Positions 1 through 8,090 of a DNA stretch of 62,747 bases are shown here, one piece after another. Both the position numbers and the translations under genes were made by a program. This stretch comes from a bacterium (GTDB taxonomy: Bacteria > Patescibacteriota > Patescibacteriia > UBA9934 > GWF2-40-263), in contig JAJYIV010000003.1 in assembly GCA_021789915.1 (NCBI GenBank), forward strand, positions 1 through 62,747, read 5' to 3'. How positions within the stretch are numbered: position 1 is the stretch's first letter; the number at the start of each line of letters is the position of its first letter. The notes below the pieces were generated by a model. It saw nothing but the letters and a program-made list of their open reading frames with translations. It had not been told where the DNA came from and searched no databases.

Positions 1-109
1 GCTGCGCCTGCGCGATGGAGGACAGCGTGTTTGGAAGGAACCCGTGATCCTGCTCATCTGCCGGCGGCTCCGTGCCCGGCAGTTCGATCATGTCGAATCT
101 GTTCGGCAT
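1..109 (-). CDS. N-terminal fragment of an unidentified gene running off the left edge
   Basis: Minus-strand ATG at ~107-109, preceded by AGGAGG (revcomp of ~114-120). The frame stays open to position 1 (MPNRFDMIELPGTEPPADEQDHGFLPNTLSSIAQAQ...). No recognisable domain, and too short for the ORF track. Confidence 0.3.
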   Translation of the reverse strand, partial: MPNRFDMIELPGTEPPADEQDHGFLPNTLSSIAQAQ

Positions 110-240
110 CGAAGCCTCCTTGCCCGCATCTCGACAGGTCCTTCGCCCAGACCGGAATTGGTCGGGGCTCAGGATGACAAAGGTGGCGGGACGCGGCACC
201 ATAGCGCAGACGAGACGGGACGTCAACCACACGTCACGTT

Positions 241-810
241 ATGTCACGTCACGTTATGCGCCCCGCTCCCCGTCCCCTGCCCCGCTCCTTCTACGCCCGC
301 GATGCGGAAACCGTCGCGCGCGAGCTGTTGAACAAACGGCTGGTTCGCGTCGGACGCGGCAAGACGCTCGTCGGCCGCATCGTCGAGACGGAGGCGTATC
401 TCGGCCCGCACGACCGCGCGTGTCACACGGCGCGCGGGAAGACGGCGCGCAACGCGGTGATGTTCGGCCCGCCCGGGCACGCGTACGTCTACTTCGTCTA
501 CGGCATGCACCATTGCCTGAACGTCGTGACGGGATACGGCGACGGACAGGCGGTGCTCATCCGCGCCGTCGAACCGCTCACGGACGGGCTGGAAAAAACG
601 AACGGGCCGGCGCGCGTGTGCAAGGCGTTCCACGTCACGCGCAACGACAACGGCGACGATCTGCGCGGCAGCGAACTGTTCATCGCCGACGGCCCCGCGC
701 CCGAACGCATCGTCCGCCGCGCGCGCGTCGGCGTCGACTACGCGGGCGCCTGGGCGAAGCGGCTCCTGCGGTTCTACGTGCGCGGCAATCCGTGGGTGTC
801 GAGGAGGTAA
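241..810 (+). CDS. mpg: DNA-3-methyladenine glycosylase (AAG/Mpg family)
   Basis: 189-aa ORF with the family hallmarks IVETEAY and GHAYVYFVYGMHHCLNVV. The start may instead be the second ATG at 256, because a 15-nt tandem duplication at 229-258 carries two ATGs. Confidence 0.85.
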   Translation: MSRHVMRPAPRPLPRSFYARDAETVARELLNKRLVRVGRGKTLVGRIVETEAYLGPHDRACHTARGKTARNAVMFGPPGHAYVYFVYGMHHCLNVVTGYGDGQAVLIRAVEPLTDGLEKTNGPARVCKAFHVTRNDNGDDLRGSELFIADGPAPERIVRRARVGVDYAGAWAKRLLRFYVRGNPWVSRR

Positions 811-829
811 TGTGCTATTCTCATCCCGT

Positions 830-1390
830 ATGATCGCGATCTTCGGGCTGGGCAATCCCGGCAAGGAATACGAGCGCACGCGGCACAACGCGGGTTTCCT
901 CGTCGCGGACGAATTGGCGCGGCGGGCCGGCGCCTCGTGGCGCGACAAAAAGGCATGGCAGGCGCAGATGGCCGAAGGCGAGCTTGATGGGAAGCGCGTG
1001 CTCGTCGTCAAACCGCAGACGTTCATGAACCTGAGCGGCGAGGCCGTCCACGCCGTCTTCGCGCACACGCAGGCGGCGCCGGCGGCGTCGCTGGTCGTTT
1101 TCGACGAGGCCGATCTTCCCTTCGGCGCCGTCCGCTTCCGCACGGACGGCTCCGCCGGCGGGCACAACGGCATGAAGTCGATTCTGGAGGCGTTACCGAA
1201 AGGCACGGCGATCGCGCGCGTGCGCGTCGGCATCGGCCGGCCCGCCGACGGGCGGATCCCGATGGAAGACTGGGTGCTGGGGAAATGGACGGCGGACGAA
1301 AAAAAGACGCTGGACGACGCGGTGCGCCGCGCGGCGGACGAGGCGGAGAGGTGGATGAAGAATTTGAAGGAACGTGGTGCGAAGGATTGA
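830..1390 (+). CDS. pth: peptidyl-tRNA hydrolase
   Basis: MIAIFGLGNPGKEYERTRHNAGF and GGHNGMKS motifs. The start is trimmed from ORF 812 to the ATG giving the canonical N-terminus. Confidence 0.9.
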   Translation: MIAIFGLGNPGKEYERTRHNAGFLVADELARRAGASWRDKKAWQAQMAEGELDGKRVLVVKPQTFMNLSGEAVHAVFAHTQAAPAASLVVFDEADLPFGAVRFRTDGSAGGHNGMKSILEALPKGTAIARVRVGIGRPADGRIPMEDWVLGKWTADEKKTLDDAVRRAADEAERWMKNLKERGAKD

Positions 1391-1399
1391 GCTCTCCGC

Positions 1400-1438
1400 G
1401 TCCCCTCCTTTCCAAGGAGGGGTTAAGGGGTGGTTGCC
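1400..1438 (+). repeat. hairpin repeat element, forward copy (C7 - ttccaagg - G7 ... ggttgcc), left flank of the DUF559 gene
   Basis: Sequence gtcccctcc-tttccaa-ggagggg-ttaaggggtggttgcc. The 7-bp C/G stem is self-complementary. Related copies lie at 1802-1860 (inverted), 6393-6428 and 35336-35360. Confidence 0.7.
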
Positions 1439-1447
1439 GATACGCGT

Positions 1448-1822
1448 ATGAAGATCTTCAATCGCCGCGCTGGACGCGAACTCCGAAAACGATTGCGTCA
1501 TTCCATGACGGATCCGGAATGGAAATTGTGGCTGTACCTATCGTCACATCGTCTTGGCGGATATAAATTTCGCAGGCAGCACGGGATCGGCCCGTATGTC
1601 GTTGATTTTTATTGTCCTGCCATGAAAGTTGCCGTTGAAATCGATGGAGACAGCCACTTTTGTCCAAGGGAACACGATCGAGATGCTGGACGCACCGCAT
1701 TTCTCAACGGACTCGGCATTCGCATCTTGCGTGTCCTAAACACGGACGTTATGAACGATGTCAACGCCGTTTGCGCACAAATCCTCGACAAAATCCAACA
1801 CGGCAACCCCTCCGCCTGCTGA
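1448..1822 (+). CDS. DUF559 (Vsr/PD-(D/E)xK-like) endonuclease-domain protein
   Basis: Typical DUF559 pattern: LRHSMTDPEWKLWLYL...GYKFRRQHGIGPYVVDFYCP...VAVEIDGDSH...GIRILRVLNTDV. The gene is visibly more AT-rich than its neighbours. The track ORF starts at 1430 (GTG); the ATG at 1448 is preferred. Confidence 0.8.
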   Translation: MKIFNRRAGRELRKRLRHSMTDPEWKLWLYLSSHRLGGYKFRRQHGIGPYVVDFYCPAMKVAVEIDGDSHFCPREHDRDAGRTAFLNGLGIRILRVLNTDVMNDVNAVCAQILDKIQHGNPSAC

Positions 1823-1860
1823 AAAGCGGCCGGCAGGCAGCCTCCCCTTGGGAGGGGAGG
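1802..1860 (-). repeat. hairpin repeat element, inverted copy, right flank of the DUF559 gene
   Basis: The reverse complement reads cctcccc-tcccaa-ggggagg-(31-nt insert)-ggttgcc. This is the same architecture and ggttgcc terminus as 1400-1438, facing inward. Confidence 0.65.
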
Positions 1861-1921
1861 ACACGCATTTCCAATTCCCATCGCACCAGGATAATCCTTC
1901 GTTCGCTCCACGCTCCACGCT

Positions 1922-3007
1922 ATGCGCCACGACATCGCCTTCTGGCTCGGCCTGCTGCGGTTTCCAAAATTCGGCGCCGTGCGCATGAGCAAGATGATGA
2001 ACGCCTTCCCCGACATGGAGCAGGCGTTCGGCGCGTCGCGAGAGGCGCTCGTAGCCGCCGGCATCGAGCCGTTCATCGCCGACGGATTTCTCGCCGAGCG
2101 TCCGACGATCGACCCGGCGCGCGAGCTCGCGCGCGCACAGGCGGCCGGCTTGCGCATCGTCACGCGCGCGGACGGCGATTATCCGCCTGCGCTTCTCACG
2201 CTCTTCGATCCGCCCGCCGTCCTGTTCGTGCGCGGCCGTCTGCCAGACCCGGCGGCGACCCTGCTCGCCGTCGTCGGTTCGCGGCATGCGACGCCGTATG
2301 GGCTGGAATGCACGCGCGGATTGTGCGTGCCGGCGGCGCGCGCCGGCGTGGGCGTCGTGAGCGGACTCGCTTACGGCATAGACGCGGCCGCGCATGAGGC
2401 GGCGCTGGAAGCGGGCGGCTACACGCTCGCGGTCCTGGGCGGCGGCGCGGACGAGGAGAGCGTGTATCCGACGGCGCACCGCGCGCTCGCGTCGCGCATC
2501 GTCGGCGCGGGCGGCGCCGTGCTGTCCGAATATCTCCCCGGCACCGCGTCGCTCAAGCCGCATTTCCCCGTGCGCAACCGCATCATCGCGGGCTTGTGCC
2601 GCGCCACGCTCGTCGTCGAAGCCACGGAACAGTCCGGCTCGCTCATCACGGCCAAGGCCGCTCTGGACGCCGGCCGCGACGTGTTCGCCGTGCCAGGCCC
2701 CATTGCGTCCCCGCTCTCCTCCGGCCCGCACGCGCTGCTCAAAAACGGCGCGCTGTGCGCGACGTCGGCGGCCGACATCCTGGAAGCGCTGGCGCTCGAA
2801 CCGTCCGCCGTCTCCGCGCCGGCCTATGAACCGCTGGATGCGGAGGAAGCGCGCGTGTGGCGCGCCCTGTCCGCTTCGCCGCGGCATGTGGACGAGCTCG
2901 TGGACGCGACGGGATTGCCGGCCCCGCGCGTGTCGTCGCTGCTGTCGCGTCTGGAGCTCGGCGGCCATGCGCGCGACGCCGGCGGGCTGTACTACGTGCG
3001 GGCGTAA
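1922..3007 (+). CDS. dprA: DNA-processing protein DprA/Smf
   Basis: GLAYGIDAAAHEAAL, FPVRNRIIAGL and VVEATEQSGSLITA...GRDVFAVPG motifs, followed by a C-terminal winged-helix-like tail. Confidence 0.85.
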   Translation: MRHDIAFWLGLLRFPKFGAVRMSKMMNAFPDMEQAFGASREALVAAGIEPFIADGFLAERPTIDPARELARAQAAGLRIVTRADGDYPPALLTLFDPPAVLFVRGRLPDPAATLLAVVGSRHATPYGLECTRGLCVPAARAGVGVVSGLAYGIDAAAHEAALEAGGYTLAVLGGGADEESVYPTAHRALASRIVGAGGAVLSEYLPGTASLKPHFPVRNRIIAGLCRATLVVEATEQSGSLITAKAALDAGRDVFAVPGPIASPLSSGPHALLKNGALCATSAADILEALALEPSAVSAPAYEPLDAEEARVWRALSASPRHVDELVDATGLPAPRVSSLLSRLELGGHARDAGGLYYVRA

Positions 3008-3021
3008 AGAACAAAAGAAAA

Positions 3022-3042
3022 CCGGAGTCAGGCGGACTCCGG
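3022..3042 (-). terminator. intrinsic terminator hairpin shared by convergent dprA and the 3314-4462/3028-3309 operon
   Basis: ccggagtc-aggcg-gactccgg gives a perfect 8-bp stem. On the minus strand it is followed by ttttcttttgtt. It overlaps the stop codon of the 93-aa ORF. Confidence 0.6.
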
Positions 3043-3309
3043 CGGCAAAGCGTCGATGAGGGCGTCGACCTCCCGAAGGCACGCGTGGCCGTCGATTTCG
3101 CCCCGCTCGTACCGAGCGAGAAGGCCGAGGTAGGCGGGCGTCTCTCGCACCCGGCGAAGGCCGGACGACACGTTCATCAGATGACGAACGTGGGGAAAAT
3201 CCGAGGCCGAGATCGGCGTCAGGCCGAGCCGCGCGACGAACGCAGAAACTTCTTGTTCTCCCTGCGACATGATGTCCTCCTGGGACTGGGGAACGATGGT
3301 GTCTATCAT
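3028..3309 (-). CDS. small hypothetical protein, second gene of a two-gene operon
   Basis: 93-aa ORF starting 5 nt after the stop of the upstream 3314-4462 gene. The C-terminal ARYERGEIDGHACLREVDALIDAL weakly resembles VbhA-type small helical antitoxins, but the inhibitory (S/T)xxxE(G/N) motif is not evident. Confidence 0.5.
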   Translation of the reverse strand: MIDTIVPQSQEDIMSQGEQEVSAFVARLGLTPISASDFPHVRHLMNVSSGLRRVRETPAYLGLLARYERGEIDGHACLREVDALIDALPPESA

Positions 3310-3313
3310 AAGG

Positions 3314-4462
3314 CTATGCGGCCGTCAAGGCCTTACGCTCTCCGGCCGGAAAAACCAGCGGGAACGATTCGGTTCGCGGCCCGTGCACCACAACGGATTC
3401 CATGCGCGCGGCGCCGATGACGTCCGGCGACGGAACGATCGGGGCAAGAGCGGCGAGTTCCGCGCTCGAGGCCGGATGCTCCGCGGCCCAGCGGACGAGT
3501 CGCCCGGCCATCCAATCCGCCCGGGCGGCGGGAAGCCCGGCTCCGAGGCGCAGCACTTCGGAGAGGGCGTCGCCTGCCTTTGGCTGGGCGAACCAAGATT
3601 TGAAATACGCGAGGGAAATGCCCGTGCGGCCGAGAGATTGCTCGATGCGGGCATCGTCGACGTCGCCTTCGGCCCAGGCGGCCATCGTGCGCGACGCTCC
3701 TTCCATGGCCTTCGACAGGGCGGAAAGCCCGGGGGTCGTTCGTACGAGTTCCGCCGTTCGCCGGGCCTCCATCGACCGGTTGACGCGACGATACACGTTT
3801 TCCGAAACCAGGACGTCCCTCACGAAGCGCTCATGCGCCCTCACGATTTTTTCAATCTCCGCCGGAGGCTGAACGGAACGCTTGACCTGCACCAAGCGGA
3901 TCACGTCGATGGCCGGACCGGCTTCGGCGGCGCGGTAGCGGATGTCCACGAGATCGATTTTGTCGCCCGCGTCCAAACGGTCGTTGGTGGCAATCAGCTG
4001 GCGCTGGTCCGTGGACGAGCGCGTCGCGGCGAAATCCTGTTCCAGGCGCCGGATGACCTGCCGCGTCGCCTCCACGCCGTCGAACGCCTCCGTCGCATAG
4101 CGCGTCATCGGTTCGTCGCCTACGGTCAGCTGCTCGTCTCCCATGAACGCGAGCAGGGCGTCCTTGAACGCGCGCTTGAACCGTTCAGGGTTCGCGATCA
4201 AGCCGGCGTACAGCGCGCGTCCGAGCGTGTTTTGCAGCCGGGCTTCTTCCAACCGGAGTTTGCCGGCCCGATCGGCGGTGGACAATGCCAGAAACCGCTG
4301 CGCCATGTCGATCGTGAAGAGCTGCTCGTTGAAGCCTTCCTGCCACTCGCGCGTATCGCCGACGAACGTCAGGGATTCCTCGATCGTTTTGGGGACGCCC
4401 TTCTCGCGGCGACTCGTGACCAGGCGCAAGCGAGGCGACGACTCGGGATGAGCGGATTCCAT
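3314..4462 (-). CDS. hypothetical protein with a possible Mrr-like PD-(D/E)xK nuclease core
   Basis: Long ORF in coding-like composition, with the start trimmed to MESAHPESS. The segment GDKIDLVDIRY...GPAIDVIRLVQVKRS resembles the D...D/(E/Q)xK core of Mrr-type restriction endonucleases. Motif-level resemblance only. Confidence 0.55.
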   Translation of the reverse strand: MESAHPESSPRLRLVTSRREKGVPKTIEESLTFVGDTREWQEGFNEQLFTIDMAQRFLALSTADRAGKLRLEEARLQNTLGRALYAGLIANPERFKRAFKDALLAFMGDEQLTVGDEPMTRYATEAFDGVEATRQVIRRLEQDFAATRSSTDQRQLIATNDRLDAGDKIDLVDIRYRAAEAGPAIDVIRLVQVKRSVQPPAEIEKIVRAHERFVRDVLVSENVYRRVNRSMEARRTAELVRTTPGLSALSKAMEGASRTMAAWAEGDVDDARIEQSLGRTGISLAYFKSWFAQPKAGDALSEVLRLGAGLPAARADWMAGRLVRWAAEHPASSAELAALAPIVPSPDVIGAARMESVVVHGPRTESFPLVFPAGERKALTAA

Positions 4463-4519
4463 ACGCGTGCCAGCGTACTCTTTCGGGGGAAAAAATGCAC
4501 GTCGTTTTCTCGTCCGGCC

Positions 4520-4549
4520 TTGACGGATCGCGGCGCTTTCCCCCATTAT
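4520..4549 (+). promoter_or_regulatory. putative sigma70-type promoter of topA, possibly giving a leaderless or near-leaderless mRNA
   Basis: TTGACG (4520-4525), an 18-nt spacer, then CATTAT (4544-4549). The topA ATG at 4557 lies only ~8 nt downstream, and no SD is visible. Confidence 0.35.
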
Positions 4550-4556
4550 CTAGTCC

Positions 4557-6962
4557 ATGCCGCAGCACCTCATCATCGTCGAGTCGCCGACGAAGGCCAA
4601 AACCATCGGGAAATTCCTGGGGAAGGACTACCGCGTCCTTTCCTCTTTTGGGCATGTCCGCGACTTGCCGAAATCCAAGACCGGCGTGGACACGGCGCAT
4701 GATTTTGCGCCGACGTACCAAGTGCCGCCGGAGAAAAAGGACAAGGTGAAGGAGCTCATTGCGGCCGCGTCGCACGCCGACGACGTCATCCTGGCGACCG
4801 ACGAAGACCGCGAGGGCGAGGCCATCGCCTGGCACATCGCCGAAGTGCTGAAGCTCGATCCTGCGACGGCCGAGCGCATCACCTTCCACGAAATCACCCG
4901 CCCCGCCATCGAGGCGGCCCTGCGGCATCCGCGGCACATCGATACGAATCTCGTGAACGCGCAGCAGGCGCGCCGCATCGTGGACCGCCTGGTGGGCTAC
5001 GAGCTGTCGCCGCTCCTGTGGGAAAAGATCCGCCGCGGGCTCTCCGCCGGCCGCGTCCAATCCGTGGCCGTGCGCCTCATCGTGGAGCGCGAACGCGAAC
5101 GCCAGGCGTTCCGCGTCGACGAATACTGGACGGTGGAAGCGCAGCTGTCCAAGGACGGCCAGGGCTTCGAGGCCAAGCTGTTCGCGATCGGCGGCCGCAA
5201 GCTCGAAAAGCTGGAGATCAAAACCGAAGCGCAAGCCAAGGCGATCGAAGAGGCGGCGCGCGGCTCCCGCTTCGTCGTAACCGCGGTGGAGACGAAAGAC
5301 GTGGCCAAGGCGCCGCCGACGCCGTTCACCACCTCCACGCTGCAGATCGAAGCCAACAACCGCCTGGGCTTCGGCGCCAAGCAGACCATGGCGCTGGCGC
5401 AGAAACTGTACGAGACGGGCCGCATCACCTACATGCGCACGGACTCGCTGAACCTGGCCGAACCGTTCCTGGCCGAGGCGCAGGCCTACATCGGGGAGGC
5501 GTTCGGCGCGCAGAACGCGCCCGGCGCCAGGCGATACAAAACCAAGGCCAAGGGCGCGCAGGAGGCGCACGAGGCCATCCGCCCGACGGACGTGCGGGCC
5601 ACGCCGGAGGCGCTGCAAAACGACCTGGACCAGAAGCTCTGGAAAATCTACGACTTGATTTGGCGCCGGACGCTCGCGTCGCAGATGCCCTCGGCCGTGC
5701 TCGAGCGCGTGTCCGTGGACCTCGAGGCCAACGCGGTCCTTCCGCCTGCTGGCGTCAGGACAACGCCGCCTCCGGCCGGGACCAACCGCGTCGGCTTCCG
5801 CGCCTCGGGCCACTCGGTGAAGACGCCGGGCTACCTGAAGGTCTACCGCGGCGCGCAGGAAAAACTGCTTCCGCCGCTCGCGAAGGGCGACGAGGCGAAG
5901 CTTGAATCGCTTGCGTCGGTGCAGCACTTCACCGAACCGCCGCCGCGCTACTCCGACGCCACCATCGTCAAGGCGATGGAAGAGCTCGGCATCGGCCGCC
6001 CGTCCACGTACGCGCCGACCATCTCCACGATCGAGGCGCGCGGCTATGTCGAACGCGACGACAACCGGAAGCTCAGGCCGACGGACGTCGCGTTCACGGT
6101 GACGGACTTGCTCACCGCGCACTTCCCGCACGTCGTCGACTACGCCTTCACGGCGAACATGGAACAGGGCCTTGACAACGTGGAGGAAACCGGCGAGTGG
6201 GTGCCCATGCTCAAGGATTTCTACGGCGACTTTCACGCCAAGGTGGAAGAAAACGAGAAGCGCTTGAAGCGCGAGGATTTCGCGGTGAACCGCGATCTTG
6301 GCGCGGACCCGAAGACGGGCCTGCACGTGTTCGTGCGCACGGGACGCTTCGGACCGTTCGTGCAGCTCGGCGACGCGCCGGCTGCGCCGCGTTCCTCCCC
6401 TGCCAAGGGGAGGTCAGGTGGGGTTGCCGCCGCGCCGGCGCCCAAGCCCAAGCGCGCGTCGCTTGCGGGCGAGATGACGGCCGATACCGTAACGCTCGAA
6501 CAGGCGCTCGTGCTGCTGTCCTTGCCGCGCACGGTCGGCGCCATGGAGAACGGCGACGAAATCATCGCCAACAAAGGGCGCTTCGGCCCGTACCTCTCCG
6601 CCATGGGCGGATCCGCCTCCGGCGGAAAGGCCGTCGCGACGGCCACCATCGCGCCGCCGCTGTCGCCATATACGATCACGGAGGAAGAGGCGCGCCGCGT
6701 GCTGGCGGAATCCATCGCGCGCAAGAAGGCCGCGGCCACGCCGCTCAAGCAGCTCGGCGTCGACCCGGTCTCCGGCGGAAAGATGCTCATCAAGACCGGC
6801 CGCTTCGGAGCGTACGTCACGGACGGCACGACGAACACCTCGCTCGGCAGGAAGCTGGCCGTCGAGGACGTGACGGATGCGATCGCGTCGGAGCTGCTGG
6901 AGAAGAAGCGCCACGCGCCCAAGCGCGCGTGGGGACGTCGGAAGAAAACCGAAGGCGCCTAG
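4557..6962 (+). CDS. topA: DNA topoisomerase I
   Basis: TOPRIM N-terminus (IIVESPTKAKTI, LATDEDREGEAIAWH), the catalytic region (ITYMRTDS) and C-terminal GRFGPF/GRFGPY/GRFGAY repeats. Confidence 0.95.
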   Translation: MPQHLIIVESPTKAKTIGKFLGKDYRVLSSFGHVRDLPKSKTGVDTAHDFAPTYQVPPEKKDKVKELIAAASHADDVILATDEDREGEAIAWHIAEVLKLDPATAERITFHEITRPAIEAALRHPRHIDTNLVNAQQARRIVDRLVGYELSPLLWEKIRRGLSAGRVQSVAVRLIVERERERQAFRVDEYWTVEAQLSKDGQGFEAKLFAIGGRKLEKLEIKTEAQAKAIEEAARGSRFVVTAVETKDVAKAPPTPFTTSTLQIEANNRLGFGAKQTMALAQKLYETGRITYMRTDSLNLAEPFLAEAQAYIGEAFGAQNAPGARRYKTKAKGAQEAHEAIRPTDVRATPEALQNDLDQKLWKIYDLIWRRTLASQMPSAVLERVSVDLEANAVLPPAGVRTTPPPAGTNRVGFRASGHSVKTPGYLKVYRGAQEKLLPPLAKGDEAKLESLASVQHFTEPPPRYSDATIVKAMEELGIGRPSTYAPTISTIEARGYVERDDNRKLRPTDVAFTVTDLLTAHFPHVVDYAFTANMEQGLDNVEETGEWVPMLKDFYGDFHAKVEENEKRLKREDFAVNRDLGADPKTGLHVFVRTGRFGPFVQLGDAPAAPRSSPAKGRSGGVAAAPAPKPKRASLAGEMTADTVTLEQALVLLSLPRTVGAMENGDEIIANKGRFGPYLSAMGGSASGGKAVATATIAPPLSPYTITEEEARRVLAESIARKKAAATPLKQLGVDPVSGGKMLIKTGRFGAYVTDGTTNTSLGRKLAVEDVTDAIASELLEKKRHAPKRAWGRRKKTEGA
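6393..6428 (+). repeat. in-frame copy of the hairpin repeat element inside topA
   Basis: tcctcccc-tgccaa-ggggagg-tcaggtgg-ggttgcc. It encodes SSPAKGRSGGVAA in the linker between C-terminal repeats. Confidence 0.65.
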
Positions 6963-7021
6963 AAAAAACAAACGCGTTCCGGCAAGCGTCGGGGCGCGTT
7001 TTCCCGTTCGCGAAAAGAAAA

Positions 7022-7049
7022 CCCGCGTCCCTCAAACGAGGGAAGCGGG
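7022..7049 (-). terminator. intrinsic terminator of the kinase-vWA-PK-like operon
   Basis: cccgcgtccctc-aaac-gagggaagcggg (12-bp stem, 1 mismatch). On the minus strand it is followed by ttttcttttcg. Confidence 0.6.
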
Positions 7050-7055
7050 CGCGCG

Positions 7056-8090
7056 TCAACGGACGCCGTCTTCCATGAATGCCCAAAACGCGTTCATGGC
7101 GGCGGCAAGCAGTGCGCCGTCCAGGCACAGTTCGTCGCACAGCAGGAAGCGGCGGTAGCCGATATCCGCGAGCCAGGCAAGCTCGGAAAAATCGGCGCAG
7201 GACGGCACGCGCGGCTGCGCCAGTTTGGCCGCCGCTTTGCGGCGGCCGTCGTCATCGGGATGGCTTTGGACGAAGGCCAATCCGCGCTTCACGTCCGCCA
7301 GCAACGGCTGCATGACGGACAGCAGCAGGCGCGATCCCACCATCGCCTCCGGATCCGCGCGCAGGATGGCGCGGACGGCCCGGGGCATATGGTGTGGGCG
7401 GCCGATCTCGACGTACAGGTCGCCTCGAGCGGCGACGAGCGTCCGCCCGTCCCGCTTGCGGAACTCTTGCGTCGCCCGGCGCACGCCGCGCTCGTTTTCG
7501 ATCTTCAGCATCAGCTCGGCGTCGCGGCCGGCAAGCTCGAGGAAGGCATGAACGTCTGCCTCGCTCTCGACGTAGGAGAGGAACCAGCGACGGATGCCGG
7601 ACCGTCGCACGGTCTCGATTTTGGCTTTCTCCTCGTCCGTGAACAGCGGGCCGAGGAGAGTGAAGGACGGATGCCGGACATGCAGGGACTCTCCCGCTTG
7701 AACGGCATAGACGGGCCCGTGCGTGCGGCCCGGAGCGAATACGAGCCGGCGCCCGCCGTCTTCCAGGCGCTCGAGCAGCGCCGCGTCTTCCCCGGCCTTG
7801 AAGAGCACCGGCTGCGGCAGATCCGCCACGCGGACGGCGTGGTTGAGCGTCACCACGAGCCGGTCGGGGTCTGGATGGACTTCGGCCACGCGTGGCTGCC
7901 GCCCTTTTACGTCGAACCACAGCGGAACGCTTGGCTGCGCGGCATCGGCCGCCGTCAGCTCCTCCTCCACTTCCCGAGGCGCCGTCATCGCGCTGTTCAA
8001 TCGGATGCCCGCCAGGCGAACATCGGATGCAAAGCGCGCGAAGTGCGGGAACGTGGGGAGGAGCGTGGCAAACAGGTCGACGCCGGTCAC
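7056..8090 (-). CDS. divergent pyruvate-kinase-like TIM-barrel protein without a regulatory C-domain
   Basis: PK A-domain motifs appear in the canonical order: IRLNSA, FDVKGRQPR, LKIENERGV, VAARGDLYVEIG, FLLCDELCLDG. The protein is 344 aa. Its GTG start overlaps the vWA stop (GTGA). Confidence 0.7.
   Translation of the reverse strand: MTGVDLFATLLPTFPHFARFASDVRLAGIRLNSAMTAPREVEEELTAADAAQPSVPLWFDVKGRQPRVAEVHPDPDRLVVTLNHAVRVADLPQPVLFKAGEDAALLERLEDGGRRLVFAPGRTHGPVYAVQAGESLHVRHPSFTLLGPLFTDEEKAKIETVRRSGIRRWFLSYVESEADVHAFLELAGRDAELMLKIENERGVRRATQEFRKRDGRTLVAARGDLYVEIGRPHHMPRAVRAILRADPEAMVGSRLLLSVMQPLLADVKRGLAFVQSHPDDDGRRKAAAKLAQPRVPSCADFSELAWLADIGYRRFLLCDELCLDGALLAAAMNAFWAFMEDGVR

Noticed and set aside
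3028-3309. Calling the 93-aa protein a VbhA-type antitoxin of a Fic toxin.
   Set aside because: Only the C-terminal helix pattern resembles VbhA. The inhibitory (S/T)xxxE(G/N) motif is absent, and the neighbouring large protein has no Fic HxFx(D/E)GNGRxxR motif. I kept it only as a weak resemblance.
4185-6326. 713-aa minus-strand ORF antisense to topA. Similar long antisense or out-of-frame ORFs occur elsewhere, e.g. 244-1233(-), 1736-3082(-), 9864-11435(-), 55443-58241(-), 58205-60154(-), 60054-62237(+).
   Set aside because: They have Arg/Ala/Gly/Pro-rich low-complexity translations with no motifs. Each lies opposite a gene with unambiguous family signatures. This is the typical stop-codon depletion of high-GC DNA.
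7056-8090. Annotating the barrel protein simply as pyruvate kinase (pyk).
   Set aside because: It has motif-level PK similarity only. It lacks the C-terminal domain, several canonical segments are diverged (e.g. the ATQMLESM region), and it is translationally coupled to vWA and kinase genes. The possibility is kept as the explicit refutation test.
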